A DNA stretch of 52,867 nt from Octopus bimaculoides (Eukaryota): positions 47,232,529 through 47,285,395 of the forward strand of contig NC_068986.1 in the NCBI RefSeq assembly GCF_001194135.2, read 5' to 3'. Position 1 is the first letter of the stretch; each line of letters begins with the position of its first letter. Under the pieces are notes generated by a model. The model saw nothing but the letters and a program-made list of their open reading frames with translations. It was not told the origin of the DNA and searched no databases. The position numbers and the translations under genes were made by a program. Of this stretch, positions 25,332-38,271 are shown in pieces.

Positions 25332-25974
25332 AATGCCCTGAGGCAGTACCAGGCAGTGGCTCTCATGGCTTCTGATCTTAATCGATTGGAAGTGTTATCA
25401 TGTACATTGTTTTGTCTTGTTATAAAAGATGGGCTACAGCAAATATTCTGCTCAATATCACAGATTTGCTTGTCAGTTGTTTGACCTTAACCAGTTGAGC
25501 ATGTCCTTTGGTGGTTGACGATATGTGCATCTCTGATCATGAGCAGAAATAGTGGGGGGAGCATCATAGCCATGTGTTGAGAGGAATTCTTTGGGGTCTG
25601 AATAATTCACCTTTGGAAACATGGGTGTCTTGCTCAACATCCTTAAACAACCCTTATTCAAGGACCTTTTGAGCAGGATGGGCCACTCAACCTGAAGAAA
25701 ATTCTAACTGGGCCCAACCTGCGAGGTCATGTGCTGTTTATCTTGATACGAGATCACCATGTCACGCACATATGGTTGTGATGCATGTTCCTGGTGTACA
25801 CTTATCAGCTGGGTAGTCATGATGGGTATNNNNNNNNNNGTGTACACTTATCAGCTGGGTAGTCATGATGGGTATAATGGGCTTCATATATTTTACTCCA
25901 GTGTCACTTTGATGGCATGCACTGCTCTCTCACTCAATTATAATGATAATGATAGTGATAGTAATAATAATGAT

Positions 25975-28485
25975 TTCAAATTTTGGCACAAAGCTAGCAA
26001 TTTTGGGGGAGGGGATAAGTTTTTTAGATGGACCCCAATTGTTGAACTGGTACTTACTTTATCAACCCCAAAGGAATGGAAAGTAAAGCTGACCTTGGCA
26101 GAATTTGAACTCAGAATGTGAAGATGAATGAAATGCTGCTAAGCATTTTTCCCAACTTGCTAATGATTCTGCCAGCTCACCACCTTAATAACAGCAACAA
26201 CAACAACAACAACGATGATGATAACAATGATGATGATGATTTCTTTTATTAAACATAAGGGTATAAGTGAAGGGGACATCACAAGGACAGTCTACAATTT
26301 GTGTGGTAGTTTACATAAAAGATGAGAAAGAAATGGAAAAGATAGTGAAATGAAATAAAAATATACGTAATATACTAAGTATGTAATAACATAGATGATA
26401 CAATCCTCCTGATACAGGAGAAACTCCAACTAGAACCAATCAATGAACCTCACAAGTACAAGATTACCTTGACCACCAAAGGCATAAGTCCTTACCCAAC
26501 TGTTGCTGTGCAATTTACAGGTGCATGCTTACAGTAGGGCCATTCACCTAACCATTTTTGCCACGGTCAACCATCATCATCATCATCATCATCGTTTAAC
26601 GTCTGCTTTCCATGCTAGCATGGGTTGGACGATTTGACAGAGGACTGGTGAACCAGATGGCTACACCAGGCTCCATCTGGTTAACCAGTCCTCAGTCAAA
26701 TCGTCCAACCCATGCTTTTCACAAATTCACTGAGAGGTAGCATTTCCCCTTCTGCTGTCACAGTAATGATAATAGTTTTAAATTTTGATATAAGATCAAC
26801 AATTTTAGGAAGATGGAGTAATTCGATTACTAGTCCGCAACTGGTATCAACTTGTAGTGACCCTGAAAGGATGAAAGGGAAAATTGACTTTGGTGTCATT
26901 TTTAACTCAGAATGTTAAGAACCAGAAGAAATACTATTGAGCATTTTATCCAGCACTGTAATGATTCTGCCAAATGGCCGCCCAAGGTGCCATGCAGTGG
27001 GACTGAGCCTGAAACCATGTGGTTGGTAAGCAAGCTACTTACCACACAGCCAATCATAATAATAATCCTTTCTACTAAAGGTACAAGGCCTGAAATTTGG
27101 GGGAAGGAGACTAGTCAATTACATCGACCCCAGTATTTCACTGGTACTTAGCTTATCAAACCCGAAAGGATGAAAGGCAAAAGCAAAGTTGACTGTTGTG
27201 GAATTTTAACTCAGAATGTAGCAATGGGCAAAATACTGCTAAGCATTTTGTCCAGCATGCTGACAACTCTACTAGCTCACCACCTTGATGATGATGATGA
27301 TGATGATGATAATAATAGTAATAATAATATTAATAATAATGATAATAATAATAATAATAATAATAATTGTTATGTCTCAAGCTACTGCTATCTAGCACCT
27401 TCCGATGATCTCTACTCAACCGCTACTCAACTGTCAGTCCACCCCTACCTTTATTTATATGTCTTGGTCGAGCCTACTTCTTCGGTTGGGGGGGGGGTAG
27501 ACACAACAACAACAACAACAACAACAACAATAATAATAATAATAATATTAATAACCTTTTCTATTACAGGAACAAGATCTGAAATTATGGGAAAAGGGAC
27601 TAGTTGATTACATTGACATCAGGGCTCAACTAGTGCTTATTTCATTGGCCCTGAAGGGATAAAAGACTAAGTTGATCTTGGGAGAATTTGAACTCAAAAT
27701 GTAAAAATGAATAAACTGTCTCTAAGCATTTTGTCTGGCTTGATAACAATTCTGCCAGCTCACCACCTTAATAATTATAATAGCAATAATAATAATAATA
27801 ACAACAACAACAACAATAAATGATTACTTTTGACTGGAATACCTTTAATCATAGATCAACTGGATCAGAGTTGATGTGAGGTCATAACTGCCACTAATTT
27901 AGTAGCAAATGGAGAGGGTTATTGTTTTAACCAAAGACACATTGCAGATTTGATGGCAACATACAATATCAACTCATCAGCTGTGCGATATTCTTTTATT
28001 ATTTTACTGGTTTCAGTTATTGGACTTTGGCCAAACTGGGGCATTGCATCCAAGAAGTTTAACCAGTTATATTGAGTATTTATCTCAATATTTATTTTGG
28101 TCTGGTAGTTTGTGTTTTTTATCCATCTCTATGTATCAAATGACTAAGTCACCTTTTTATGTAACCCACTTTTTACCCCAGTATGCACAAACATAGATGC
28201 ACACACATATGTAGAATAATAGAATTCTGGGAAACAGTTGGTGGTATCACTGCATCAGCGCAAAAACTGTATCTTCTCTACTCTAGGCACAAGGCCTGAA
28301 ATTTTTGGGGGAGGGGGCCCAGTCGATTAGATCAACCCCAGTATACAACTGGTACTTAATTTATTGACCCCCTAAAGGATGAAAGGCAAAGTCGACCTTG
28401 GTGGAATTTGAACTCAAAACATAAAGACAGATGAAATACCGCTAAGCATTTTGCCCGGTGTGCTAACTTTCCTGGCAGCTTGCCA
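25975..28485 (-). mobile_element. Cluster of five co-oriented SINE family B copies (about 25975, 26800, 27065, 27555, 28270) with trinucleotide tails
   Basis: Family B text recurs at each position, separated by (AAT)n, (AAC)n and (GAT)n tracts. Confidence 0.8.
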
Positions 28486-29869
28486 CCTTGTGCAAAACTA
28501 TCTATAGGTAAAATATAAAGTTTCTTAGGTATGCATATTATTGAAAGGGTTTCCAACATTTAGAACTATTCATTCTTTGAAAGAGCAAAAAATGATTTAT
28601 TTTTATTTTTAATCTGATAGACTTAGCTATTGATCATGCATGGGAGGAAAGAGGTTGGAGAGAGGAAAGAAATTTTGGTAAAGAGTGAAGTTAATGGTGA
28701 CAATGAGGGGATGAGGACAAGAAGGAAGTGGGGATAGGAATGAGAAGGAAGTGGAAGATTATTGGTCTATTTTAAGTAAGGTGAGGGTGGTTTGCATTGG
28801 TCAGGTCAGTGACCTGTAGACAGCTTGTCAACAACATTATCCATTCGCATGTTTGTACAGACATATACATGCAAATCATCAAAATCTAGCTATTTGCTAC
28901 AAAATATTCTTACAAAGGTACACGCATATATGGGAACACATATAACAGGCATTAACATAAATAGGATCACACATACATAAGAATAGTATAAACAAACTCC
29001 ATATCTTCATGGCGTTACACACATGTACATACACATTTAAGGATAAACGATCAATCTCACAGTAATTAACAATATGTGTATATGTATGATGCATCTATGC
29101 AAATATAAATACCCATGCACTAACAAGCAAATTCACACATATACATTGAAACTTAGATTGTTGCTCAGTTTACTGGGACCATTCAGCCCAGCCCTGTATC
29201 ATCAACTTGTTGATGACTTTTTAGCATGAGAAGTCACTAATAAAAATGTCAACACTTCAATAATTGGACTGAATCATTAATCTAATAACCATTGAAATGC
29301 CTCTGTGCAGTAAAAGACAATAACACTCATCCTGTGTGAATAACTTTATGTTCAAGGTTTTATTCCGATATGTGATAAATGAATGTGTACAGTGAGTATA
29401 CAATGTTCAATAAAGATTTCTGGGAAGAAGAAGAAAGGTTTTGAACAACTTGCCATGTTCCATGATGACTTTGAGTAAAACAGAAATAAATAAAGCTACG
29501 AGATTTACTTTCCACTAGATGTTGAATACCATGATGAGCTTATGGTAGGAAACCAGATATCAAATTCATGTGCCTGGCTCTCTCTAGGTTGTGGTGGACC
29601 TTGTTGTGTCTCAAAGAAGCAGTTAGAGAAGAGAGGCTGATTTAAGCGGGAATGTCTCTTAAATAGGTAATGTGCTACTAGCGATCTCCTGCATGTTATT
29701 TTGAAGTTATACGAAGTACATTAGCAAAGGGGGAGTTAATCATGTCTGCCTAGAATTTTCTGAAATCTTCTAGAATGTTCGATCGAGAGAGACAACTGTC
29801 ATTGACTCCCAATGAATATTTTGTGGGCTTGCAAATCTGTTTCAGTTAGCGTTGCCTACAACTTCATTG

Positions 29870-30090
29870 GAGCCATCACCCTTACCAGATAGCAATTCAC
29901 ACTAATTCGTTCCACTCAGCCCTAGTATTTACTTCTACCCTATCTGGCCTGGCACTTCTATCAGCTTCCAAGATATCTCTATCATTATCGACAACTTCTG
30001 TCTGTCTGCTTCTGTTCACTACAAGCTCACTGCCATTTCTATATCCATTGTTTCTCTTCTCATCCCAGAAACATTGAACTCACCATCCCA
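29870..30090 (+). pseudogene. Penelope-like element RT/thumb remnant
   Basis: Translates as NSFHSALVFTSTLS ... FQDISIIIDNFCLSASVHYKLT ... HCFSSHPRNIELTIP. This matches the PLE pattern NSFHPALxFT / FLDIxIxxxxxxLSTSVHYKPT / SSHPxxxKxSIP, with frameshifts. Confidence 0.7.
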
Positions 30091-30399
30091 ACCCTTCAGT
30101 TACTTTGACTGTTCTAGCTGTGCAGCACTATTGGACTGAATCATTAATCTCTTGATGCATATATATTGATGGTGATAAATGTATGAGTAAACCTTAGTTA
30201 TATCTACATGCTCATTTGCATATCAGTATGGGTTTCATGCATACACATTTATTTATTGATAAGTTCTAGGGTTATATGTTCTAAGTAAACTTATTATTGT
30301 TTACAACAAACTTGAATATCATATTATGGGCCACAACAAAGTCAAATAAGCAATGTAGAAACTTGTTTTGTATTGTGTACATTTTATTTTTATTTGTTT

Positions 30400-30620
30400 G
30401 GTCTGGAGGAAGTGGATGTATGTACACCCTTTGCTGGCCTTTCAAGGTTGGTGAGATTGATGTTGTTAGTGTTCCTATTGAACAGGTTCAAGTTGATTGC
30501 TGCAGGGAAAACATTTAGAGGGAGAAAATTCCTCAAGAGAGACGAGGCAAGAATGTGGAACAACACAAGTGAGCTCTGAGAAGCAGAGGCCACTTTAATA
30601 ATGATATGCTGCCATGCACT
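30400..30620 (-). pseudogene. Penelope-like linker remnant (Cys-rich segment preceding the GIY-YIG endonuclease)
   Basis: Frameshifted CFPCSNQ / TCSIGTLTTSISP resembles the GTFPCxxxRCxTC motif of PLEs. Confidence 0.45.
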
Positions 30621-31371
30621 ATTGAAAATGACTTGGTATCAGCATGTAACCTGCTTTGACTAATAGTTTTATATCCCAGTGCAGTTGTAAGCACACACAG
30701 ATATACAAAACCTCTTTTCCACCCACCCATCCACCCTGAATCCTGTGGAATATTGAGGATATGACAACTGGGAAGAGAGAAAGGGCTTTACTAGCACTGG
30801 TACACAACTTATCAACTCCAAAAGGACAAAATCAAAGTTGACCTTGGTGTTATATTGTAAACTTAGAGTGCAGTGAACTGGGAAATTTACTTCCAGGCAT
30901 TTTATCTAATGTTCTAATAAATCTGTAAATTCTCTGTCTTATAAAGACATAGTAGAAATAGAAGAAAAGGTTAGAGAAGAGACAGCTCACCTACAGGCTG
31001 GAATCTGTTGTGTGTTAATGAGTGATTTAGTGAGTGAATGACCTTTCTTTAGAAGTGGTCTAAGATGTTTTGTGTGTAGCAGCAACAGCATCTCAGATGA
31101 AGGAGTAATACTCTACCATGGGTTTCTCATGAGCTTTTTAGAGAATTTGTAATTGTTGGTCTAAAAATAAAGGCTGGAATTTGTGATGAAGATTTTATTA
31201 TGCTGTGGAGATACATTTTGTCAGGAAAGACCCTTAGTAATGATGAAAGCTAGTATTTGTTGAACCTTGAAGGTTATAATCGTGTACTGTTCATGTTTAG
31301 GTGGGTGCATAATGTTTTTGAATGCATATTTTATACAATCATGTTTTGCTAAATGCAGTAATGTTTGTATG

Positions 31372-31403
<32 letters not shown>

Positions 31404-32399
31404 ACTTGATGTATGTGCGTACCTGTGTATGTAAGTGTGTCCCCATATATGTATATGCATATTTTACTGCTAGCAGCTACTTTTCAATGATTTGTATGTT
31501 TGTGTATGTAGAGACATGAATATGGATAATACTATTGACAAGCTGTCTGTAGGTCATTGACCTGGCCTCCTTCTTACATTCTACAACCTAATAATCCTCC
31601 CCTTCCTTTTTAGCTCTAATGTTTCTATTCTTTATCATTCTCTCCCCACCACCAAACTCACTCTCTCCCAAATTCTCTTTCTCTCTCCAATCGTTTTCCT
31701 CCAACACATGTGCAATAACGAATTTTATATCTTTTCCTGTAAGTTTTTACACTTTTACAGTCACATGGACTAAAAATGAACAAAAACTTATCTCATTCCT
31801 CAGAGAATGACCCAGTCTGAAACATCAGGAACACTTCTGCCAAAAGCATATAAACTTAAGTGACATTATAGCATACCTGTACAAAGGCGCAGGTATGGCT
31901 GTGTATGTGCAAGGACGGCCGTCTGGTAAGAAGCTTGCTTCCCAACCACATGGTTCCAGGTCCAGTCTCACTGCATGGCACTTTGGCCAAGTGTCTTCTA
32001 CTATAGCCTTGGACTGACCAAAGCCTGACCAACCAATGTTGTCCCTATAACTTAGCAGTTTGGCAAAAGAGACTGATAGAATAAGTATTAGGTTTACAAA
32101 GAATAAGTTCTGGGGTTGATTTCATCGACTAAAACCTCTTTAAGGTGGTGTTCCAGCATGGCTGCAGTCAGATGACTGAAACAAGTAAAAGAGTAAAATA
32201 ATATGTATATTTATATACTTATATACAAGACATTTACAAAATTGCCCTTACAAGGCAAAGGTCAACTTGTGAGTACATTAGAAAACACTTGCCCAATATG
32301 CCATACAGTGACATCAAAACTGGATCCACATGGTCACAAAGTAAACTTCTTTATCATATAATCATACCTGAACCTAAAAGTATGAACATATTCAGAATG

Positions 32400-32700
32400 A
32401 AGCTTAATTTATTTCCTTCCATTCCTCATGGAGCATTGACTAAGAAGAAATCTCCATTTCCATGGTTGCAAACTTTGTTTGAGCCTGTTCTTATAGCAGG
32501 TTTATATGCACCAGGTTCTCATACACACTCTTCAGCCATATCTTGAAAGGTCTGCCTCATTTCTAATGTACCCCACCAGCTCTGCTTCAACTTGAGTGGG
32601 AGGTTTCTTCATGTGCAAACATTGCCCCATAGCGAGCATCTTATAGAATCTTACACGTGGTATCTTGTAGGTTACTCATCCAGTCTCTTTTCATGATTAC
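32400..32700 (-). pseudogene. Decayed RTE-type LINE C-terminal remnant
   Basis: Fragmentary resemblance to the RTE terminal RMDDxRIPK...GRP...W segment; heavily mutated. Confidence 0.35.
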
Positions 32701-33037
32701 TTCATTTGTGCTGTGGTTATATCAAGAAACTCCTAGTATAGTCCTAAGATAATGTCTATGGGAGACATTTGCGATTCAGTTGATTCTGCTGGTTATTTTT
32801 CATGGCTAGCAGACATAAGAATGAAGAATTTTAACAAAGTGCTTTGTAATAAATAATAAGATAGGACTATGTCTAGTGAAAACAAAGAATTGCATAATTT
32901 AAATCAATTTTAGAATGTGCATGTTTTGATGGTTACTTTTTAGTTGACTGAGTTGTTAATTAGCCCTAAGTCAGCTCCAGGTCAGCAATGACTAGAGGCC
33001 AAACCAGAGAAAAGTTTACCTTTCATCTACTTCATCT

Positions 33038-33294
33038 ACTTTCAGTCATATGAGATATTTGAGTTATCCAAGTGATTTGTTCTTGGTGTAATAGTTGTTG
33101 AATAATAATTAACTATCTTTGCTTGAGAAAACCTATATTACAACTGATCAAATTAAATATTTCATGATCCCATCTCTATACTTGGCATGCTGTCTTAAGA
33201 TTTAGAATTTAAAATATATGATTGCAAGTATGGTTTTAGTCTCACTGCATGGTACCTTGGGCGGGTATCTTTTACAATAACCCTGGGCTGTCTA
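33038..33294 (+). repeat. Local about 255-bp duplication, copy 1 (copy 2 = 34799-35497, split by a SINE)
   Basis: Near-identical text catatgagatatttgagttatcca...cctgggctgtcta in both places. Confidence 0.95.
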
Positions 33295-34279
33295 CTACTA
33301 AGCACCCATTCTTAGGAGTCTTCACAGGGTTTACAGGAAAACAGTTTGGTTATTAGTGCCAGCCCATCCCCTAATTCTCCTTTCCATACAATCATGCAAA
33401 CTGTCCACTCACACACTTCTGCCCATCTTGTGCCTTGTGGGGTCACCTGGTTAACCTCATCACCATTATCAATCTATTGCAGGGCTTTCTGATCAGTTTT
33501 TCTTTCTTTCTATCTCCACTTTCTCTGCTAGACATGAGTAGCCATGCTGACCCCTATACAATAACCTGCTCTGCCTTCTCTTTGTCATAGTAATCCCCTC
33601 ACCCAATGGCATGAAGCTGACTCCCCGCCTCCCCCAGGACTCGTAGTCCTATGAGTGGCATGGTGACCTCAAGAGAAAAAACACTCAGTCCATGCTGTAA
33701 AGTGGTTAGCAATAGGAATGGCATCCAAGTGTAGAAACCATGCCAAAGCAAACATTGAAGCACAGTGCAGTCCTTTGATATGCTGGATCCTGTCAAACCA
33801 TCCAACCCTTGTCATTATGCAACATGCATGTTAAATGATGATGATGAATATGATGATGGCTTAACCTGTCACTCAGCTTAACACCACTACCTGTTACCTT
33901 GGGTGCATTTAACAGAGTCCACTTTGTTTCAAGCATTCAGGGCTAGTTTCTAGTTTCTAGATACCTTCCTCCCCACTCCCTTACCCTCCTTTTCTCCTTT
34001 TTTTCCTTCTCTTCCTTCTTCCATTTTTCCTTCCCTCCCAACATGTTTAGAGGCTTTGCAAAAGGTCATGGTCACTCTTCACTCCTGACTAAAAAAAATT
34101 TTTTAAAGTGACTTGGTTAGCGTGTGTGTTACTAAGGCAAGAATATTACTGCTCCCATTTTTTTCATTCCTTTAACAAAATCTAAGGCATTGTGCTTTAT
34201 TACAAAGGCATAAATCTTAGAATTCTGAAAAATAACACAATCATAACTAGAGTTCCAAGGCGCAAACAAATATATTCAC

Positions 34280-34448
34280 CTCTGACCCTTGAACTAGTCC
34301 TGCTTTTGTTTTCATCAAAATAATTGATTATCTAAAAACTTTGTTTTAAACTTATCTACATATAAGTTGTACTTTTAATAAATAAGTTAATTTACGCACA
34401 CACACACATACACATACACACACACACACACGTGTGCACACATAAACA

Positions 34449-34486
<38 letters not shown>

Positions 34487-34630
34487 CATACTTTATTATA
34501 TACCAATCTACATACATACAGTATTGTAATTTTTTTTTAATTGACATTTATTAACCTAAATATATTGCTTACTTTAATGTAGACTATTTTATAAAGTCTA
34601 TTGGAACAAAACACAATTTTCGTACAGAAT
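34280..34630 (-). CDS. Two candidate exons: 34573-34630 (FCTKIVFCSNRLYKIVYIK) and 34280-34331 (IINYFDENKSRTSSRVR)
   Basis: Donors AAA|gtaagc and GAG|gtgaat; phases are compatible with each other and with 25194-25273. The amino-acid composition is not distinguishable from AT-rich noise. Confidence 0.25.
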
Positions 34631-34858
34631 CTAAAGAATAACACTTGACAGATTGTCAACAATAAATGTCAAATGTTAACAACAATTCTACTCAATAGAT
34701 TGATATAAATAAGGAAAATTATCGCTGTGTTTTCATAATCAGTGTTTTTACTCTTTCTGATATTTGAGATGTCCAAAATTAATTGTTTTCTTAATTATTA
34801 CTTTCACTCATATGAGATATTTGAGTTATCCAAATGATTTGTTCTTGGTGTAATAGTT

Positions 34859-35065
34859 ACTCTTTTACTATTTTACTTGTTTCAGTCATTTGACTGCGGC
34901 CATGCTGGAGCACCGCCTTTAGTCGAGCTAATCGACCCCAGGACTTATTCTTTGTAAGCCTAGTACTTATTCTATCGGTCTCTTTTGCCGAACCGCTAAG
35001 TTACGGGGACGTAAACACACCAGCATCAGTTGTCAAGCGATGGTGGGGGGGACAAACACACATAC

Positions 35066-35133
<68 letters not shown>

Positions 35134-35290
35134 TACGACGGGCTTCTTTCAGTTTCCGTCTACCGAATCCACTCACGGTCAGCCCGAGGCTATAGTAGAA
35201 GACACTTGCCCAAGGTGCCACACAGTGGGACTGAACCCGGAACCATGTGGCTAGTAAGCAAACTACTTACCACATAGCCACTCCTGCACC
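34859..35290 (-). mobile_element. Young full-length SINE family A with a 5-bp TSD (tagtt)
   Basis: CpGs are intact; tagtt at 34854-34858 and 35291-35295; the empty site is visible in the paralogous segment near 33090. Confidence 0.95.
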
Positions 35291-36105
35291 TAGTTGTTGA
35301 ATAATAATTAACTATCTTTGCTTGAGAAAACCTATATTACAACTGATCAAATTAAATATTTCATGATCCCATCTCTATACTTGGCATGCTGTCTTAAGAT
35401 TTAGAATTTAAAATATATGATTGCATGTATGGTTTTAGTCTCACTGCATGGTACCTTGGGCAAGTATCTTCTACAATAAATAACCCTGGGCTGTCTAAAT
35501 ACTTATGAGTAGATTTGGCAAAGACAAACTGAAAGAAGCCTGTTAGATATGTGTGTGTATCCATGTGTGTGTGTGTGTGTGTGCCTGTATGTTTTGTATG
35601 TATCTGTGTGAATATGTGTGAATATGTGTGTGTTTGGGTCTCCTTATCTTAACATTAGATGATAGTTGGAAATGAGTGTCACTGTCATATAGACAGTGTC
35701 ATTCATGTCCAATATTCTACAAAGACATGTTTGGCCATGACAAAATATAACCAGACTTGGAAACAGGTGAAGGTTGGTGACAGAAAGAGCATTCAGCCAT
35801 AGAACATCTTCCTCAATAAACTCCATGCAGGTATGGAAAAGTGGATATTGCAACAATGATGATGATGAACCATATTTTAAAAATAACAGAGACATTACAG
35901 TATTGACCAAATTTGGGGACTGGACATGCAGAGGTGTGTATTTAAGAAGCTTGTGTCACAATCATGTAGTTTCAGGTTCAAACCCACAGTATGATGCCTT
36001 CTACCATAGTTTTGGTTTAAACAATAGTTAGTGAATGAAATTTAGGAGATGAAAAGTATATGGCACTTGTCATATTTATACATGCATACACACATGCATA
36101 TACAG

Positions 36106-36266
36106 GCGTATGAGTGGCTGTGTGGTACGTAGCTTGCTTACCAACCACATGGTTCTGGGTTCAGTCCCACTTCATGGCACCTTGGGCAAGTGTCTTCTAC
36201 TATAGCTTCGGGCCGACCAAAGCTTTGTGAGTGGATTTGGTAGACGGAAACTGAAAGAAGACCGTC

Positions 36267-36304
<38 letters not shown>

Positions 36305-36514
36305 TTGTGTGTCTATGTTTGTCCCCCCACCATCGCTTGACAACCGATGCTGGTGTGTTTACGTCCCCGTAACTTAGCGGTTCGGCAAAAGAGACCGATA
36401 GAATAAGTACTAGGCTTACAAAGAAAAAGTACTGGGGTCGATTTGCTCGACTAAAGGCGATACTCCAGCAGAGCCACAGTCAAATGACTGAAACAAGTAA
36501 AAGAGTAAAAGAGT
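36106..36514 (+). mobile_element. Young full-length SINE family A, possible TSD atacag
   Basis: CpG-rich and near-identical to the 34859-35290 copy; tail (aaaagagt)2; atacag at 36100-36105 and 36515-36520. Confidence 0.9.
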
Positions 36515-37410
36515 ATACAGATATACACACACACATACATATATATGTATATATAGATAATATGTAAATGTATATGCACATATATATAAAAATATATATA
36601 ACATATGTATATACACACAAATACATATAAATACATACATACATTGATACATATATATATACCTATATATATTTACATATCTACATATGTATCTGCTTAT
36701 TTGTCTGTCTGTCTGTCTGTACTGTATATATCAATATATGAAACAAGTGAACCTACATGACATATCAGTAGTATCAAAATAGGGGGTTAACCTACTGTCA
36801 ACCATCAGCTATGCAAACACCTTACCTTACCATATGCTACAGGATTAAAGTTAACAAGATGAGTCCCTATTTTGGGAGATGTAAACAGGACTTTTTTAAG
36901 GTCAAGAGGTCATTTTGTATGCCAATGTGTGTATATGGTTAGTTTATGTAGATCGCTGAAGGAAGTAAACATTGGCAAAGAAATACTGAAAACAAGTGTC
37001 TTCAAATAAAAATATCTTGGTGTCATATCTATTCAGTCAAAGTTGCACAATAGAATAGGTGTGGCTGTGTGCAGGTGCAAGCATGGTTCTATGGTAAGAA
37101 GTAAGCTTCCTAGCCTCATGGTTTCAGGTTTTGTCCCACTGTGTGGCACTTTGGACGAGTGTCTTTGATTGTAGCCATGCACTGACCAAAGTCTTGTGAG
37201 TGAGAGAAGCCCATGAAAACTGAGAGAAGCCCATTATTATTATCATCATCATCATCATCACCATCATCATTACCATCATCATCATCATTATTAAAACAGT
37301 TTGATCTGGATCTATGCGACTTATAGTTTTTAAGGCTTTTTACAGAAACCTTGTTTGTTTGAATGAGCTAAGTTTTATGTACACACACAGAGACACACAG
37401 AGACAGACAG

Positions 37411-37441
<31 letters not shown>

Positions 37442-38081
37442 TTTGTGTTTGTTCTGACCACCACTTAACAACTGGTATTGGTTTGTCTATTTCACCATAA
37501 CATAGTGGTTGGTAAAAAGAGACTGATACAATAAGTGCCAAGCTTTAAAAAATAAGTGCTGTGATCAATTTGCACAACTAAACCATTCAAGTCAGTGCCT
37601 CAGCATAGCTACTGCCCAATAATTGAGAAAAGTATAAGGTTGAAGATAAAGACATAAACACTTGTCATTGTTGTCATCATAAATGCAGTGAGCCATTGAT
37701 TGGCGTATTGAGTACTTCCAACAAATAATGCTATTGTTCATCAAATGTGATGTAAAAAAAAGTCAGCTTGTTAGTTCACTGGTATCTGTCTAACTGATAC
37801 TTAGCTGTTATAAATATGATATCTAAACGTAAAGTCTGGCATGTAATCCAGTCCAAATCATTGGTCAGTAAGTAAGTGGGTACAGTTAAATAATTGATTG
37901 ATCTCTTAAACAGAGTTATGTATCTTATTTTAGTTATGTGCCTTATTAATGAATAAACAGTTCAATAATCAATAAGTATGGTCTGTGTCTATGCAGAATT
38001 TCCTTTTCTTTATCAATCCTTTTCCTTACTTGGATGAGATTAATAAAGACATTTAGTTGCTCTTACAAAAAGTAAGTAGCT

Positions 38082-38213
38082 CGCTTACCAGCCACATGGT
38101 TCCAGGTTTAGTCCCACTGCGTGGCATCTTGGGCATGTGTCTTCTACTATAGCCTTGGGCCAACCAAAGCCTTGTGAGTGGATTTGGTAAATGGAAACTG
38201 AAAGAAGCCCATC

Positions 38214-38271
<58 letters not shown>

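Noticed and set aside
25789-25875. Exact about 36-bp direct repeat around the 10-N gap
   Set aside because: Typical contig-overlap artefact at a scaffold gap.
36106-36180. tRNA-like A and B boxes in SINE heads
   Set aside because: These are SINE heads without a full cloverleaf, not tRNA genes. No rRNA, tRNA or CRISPR array was found in the window.
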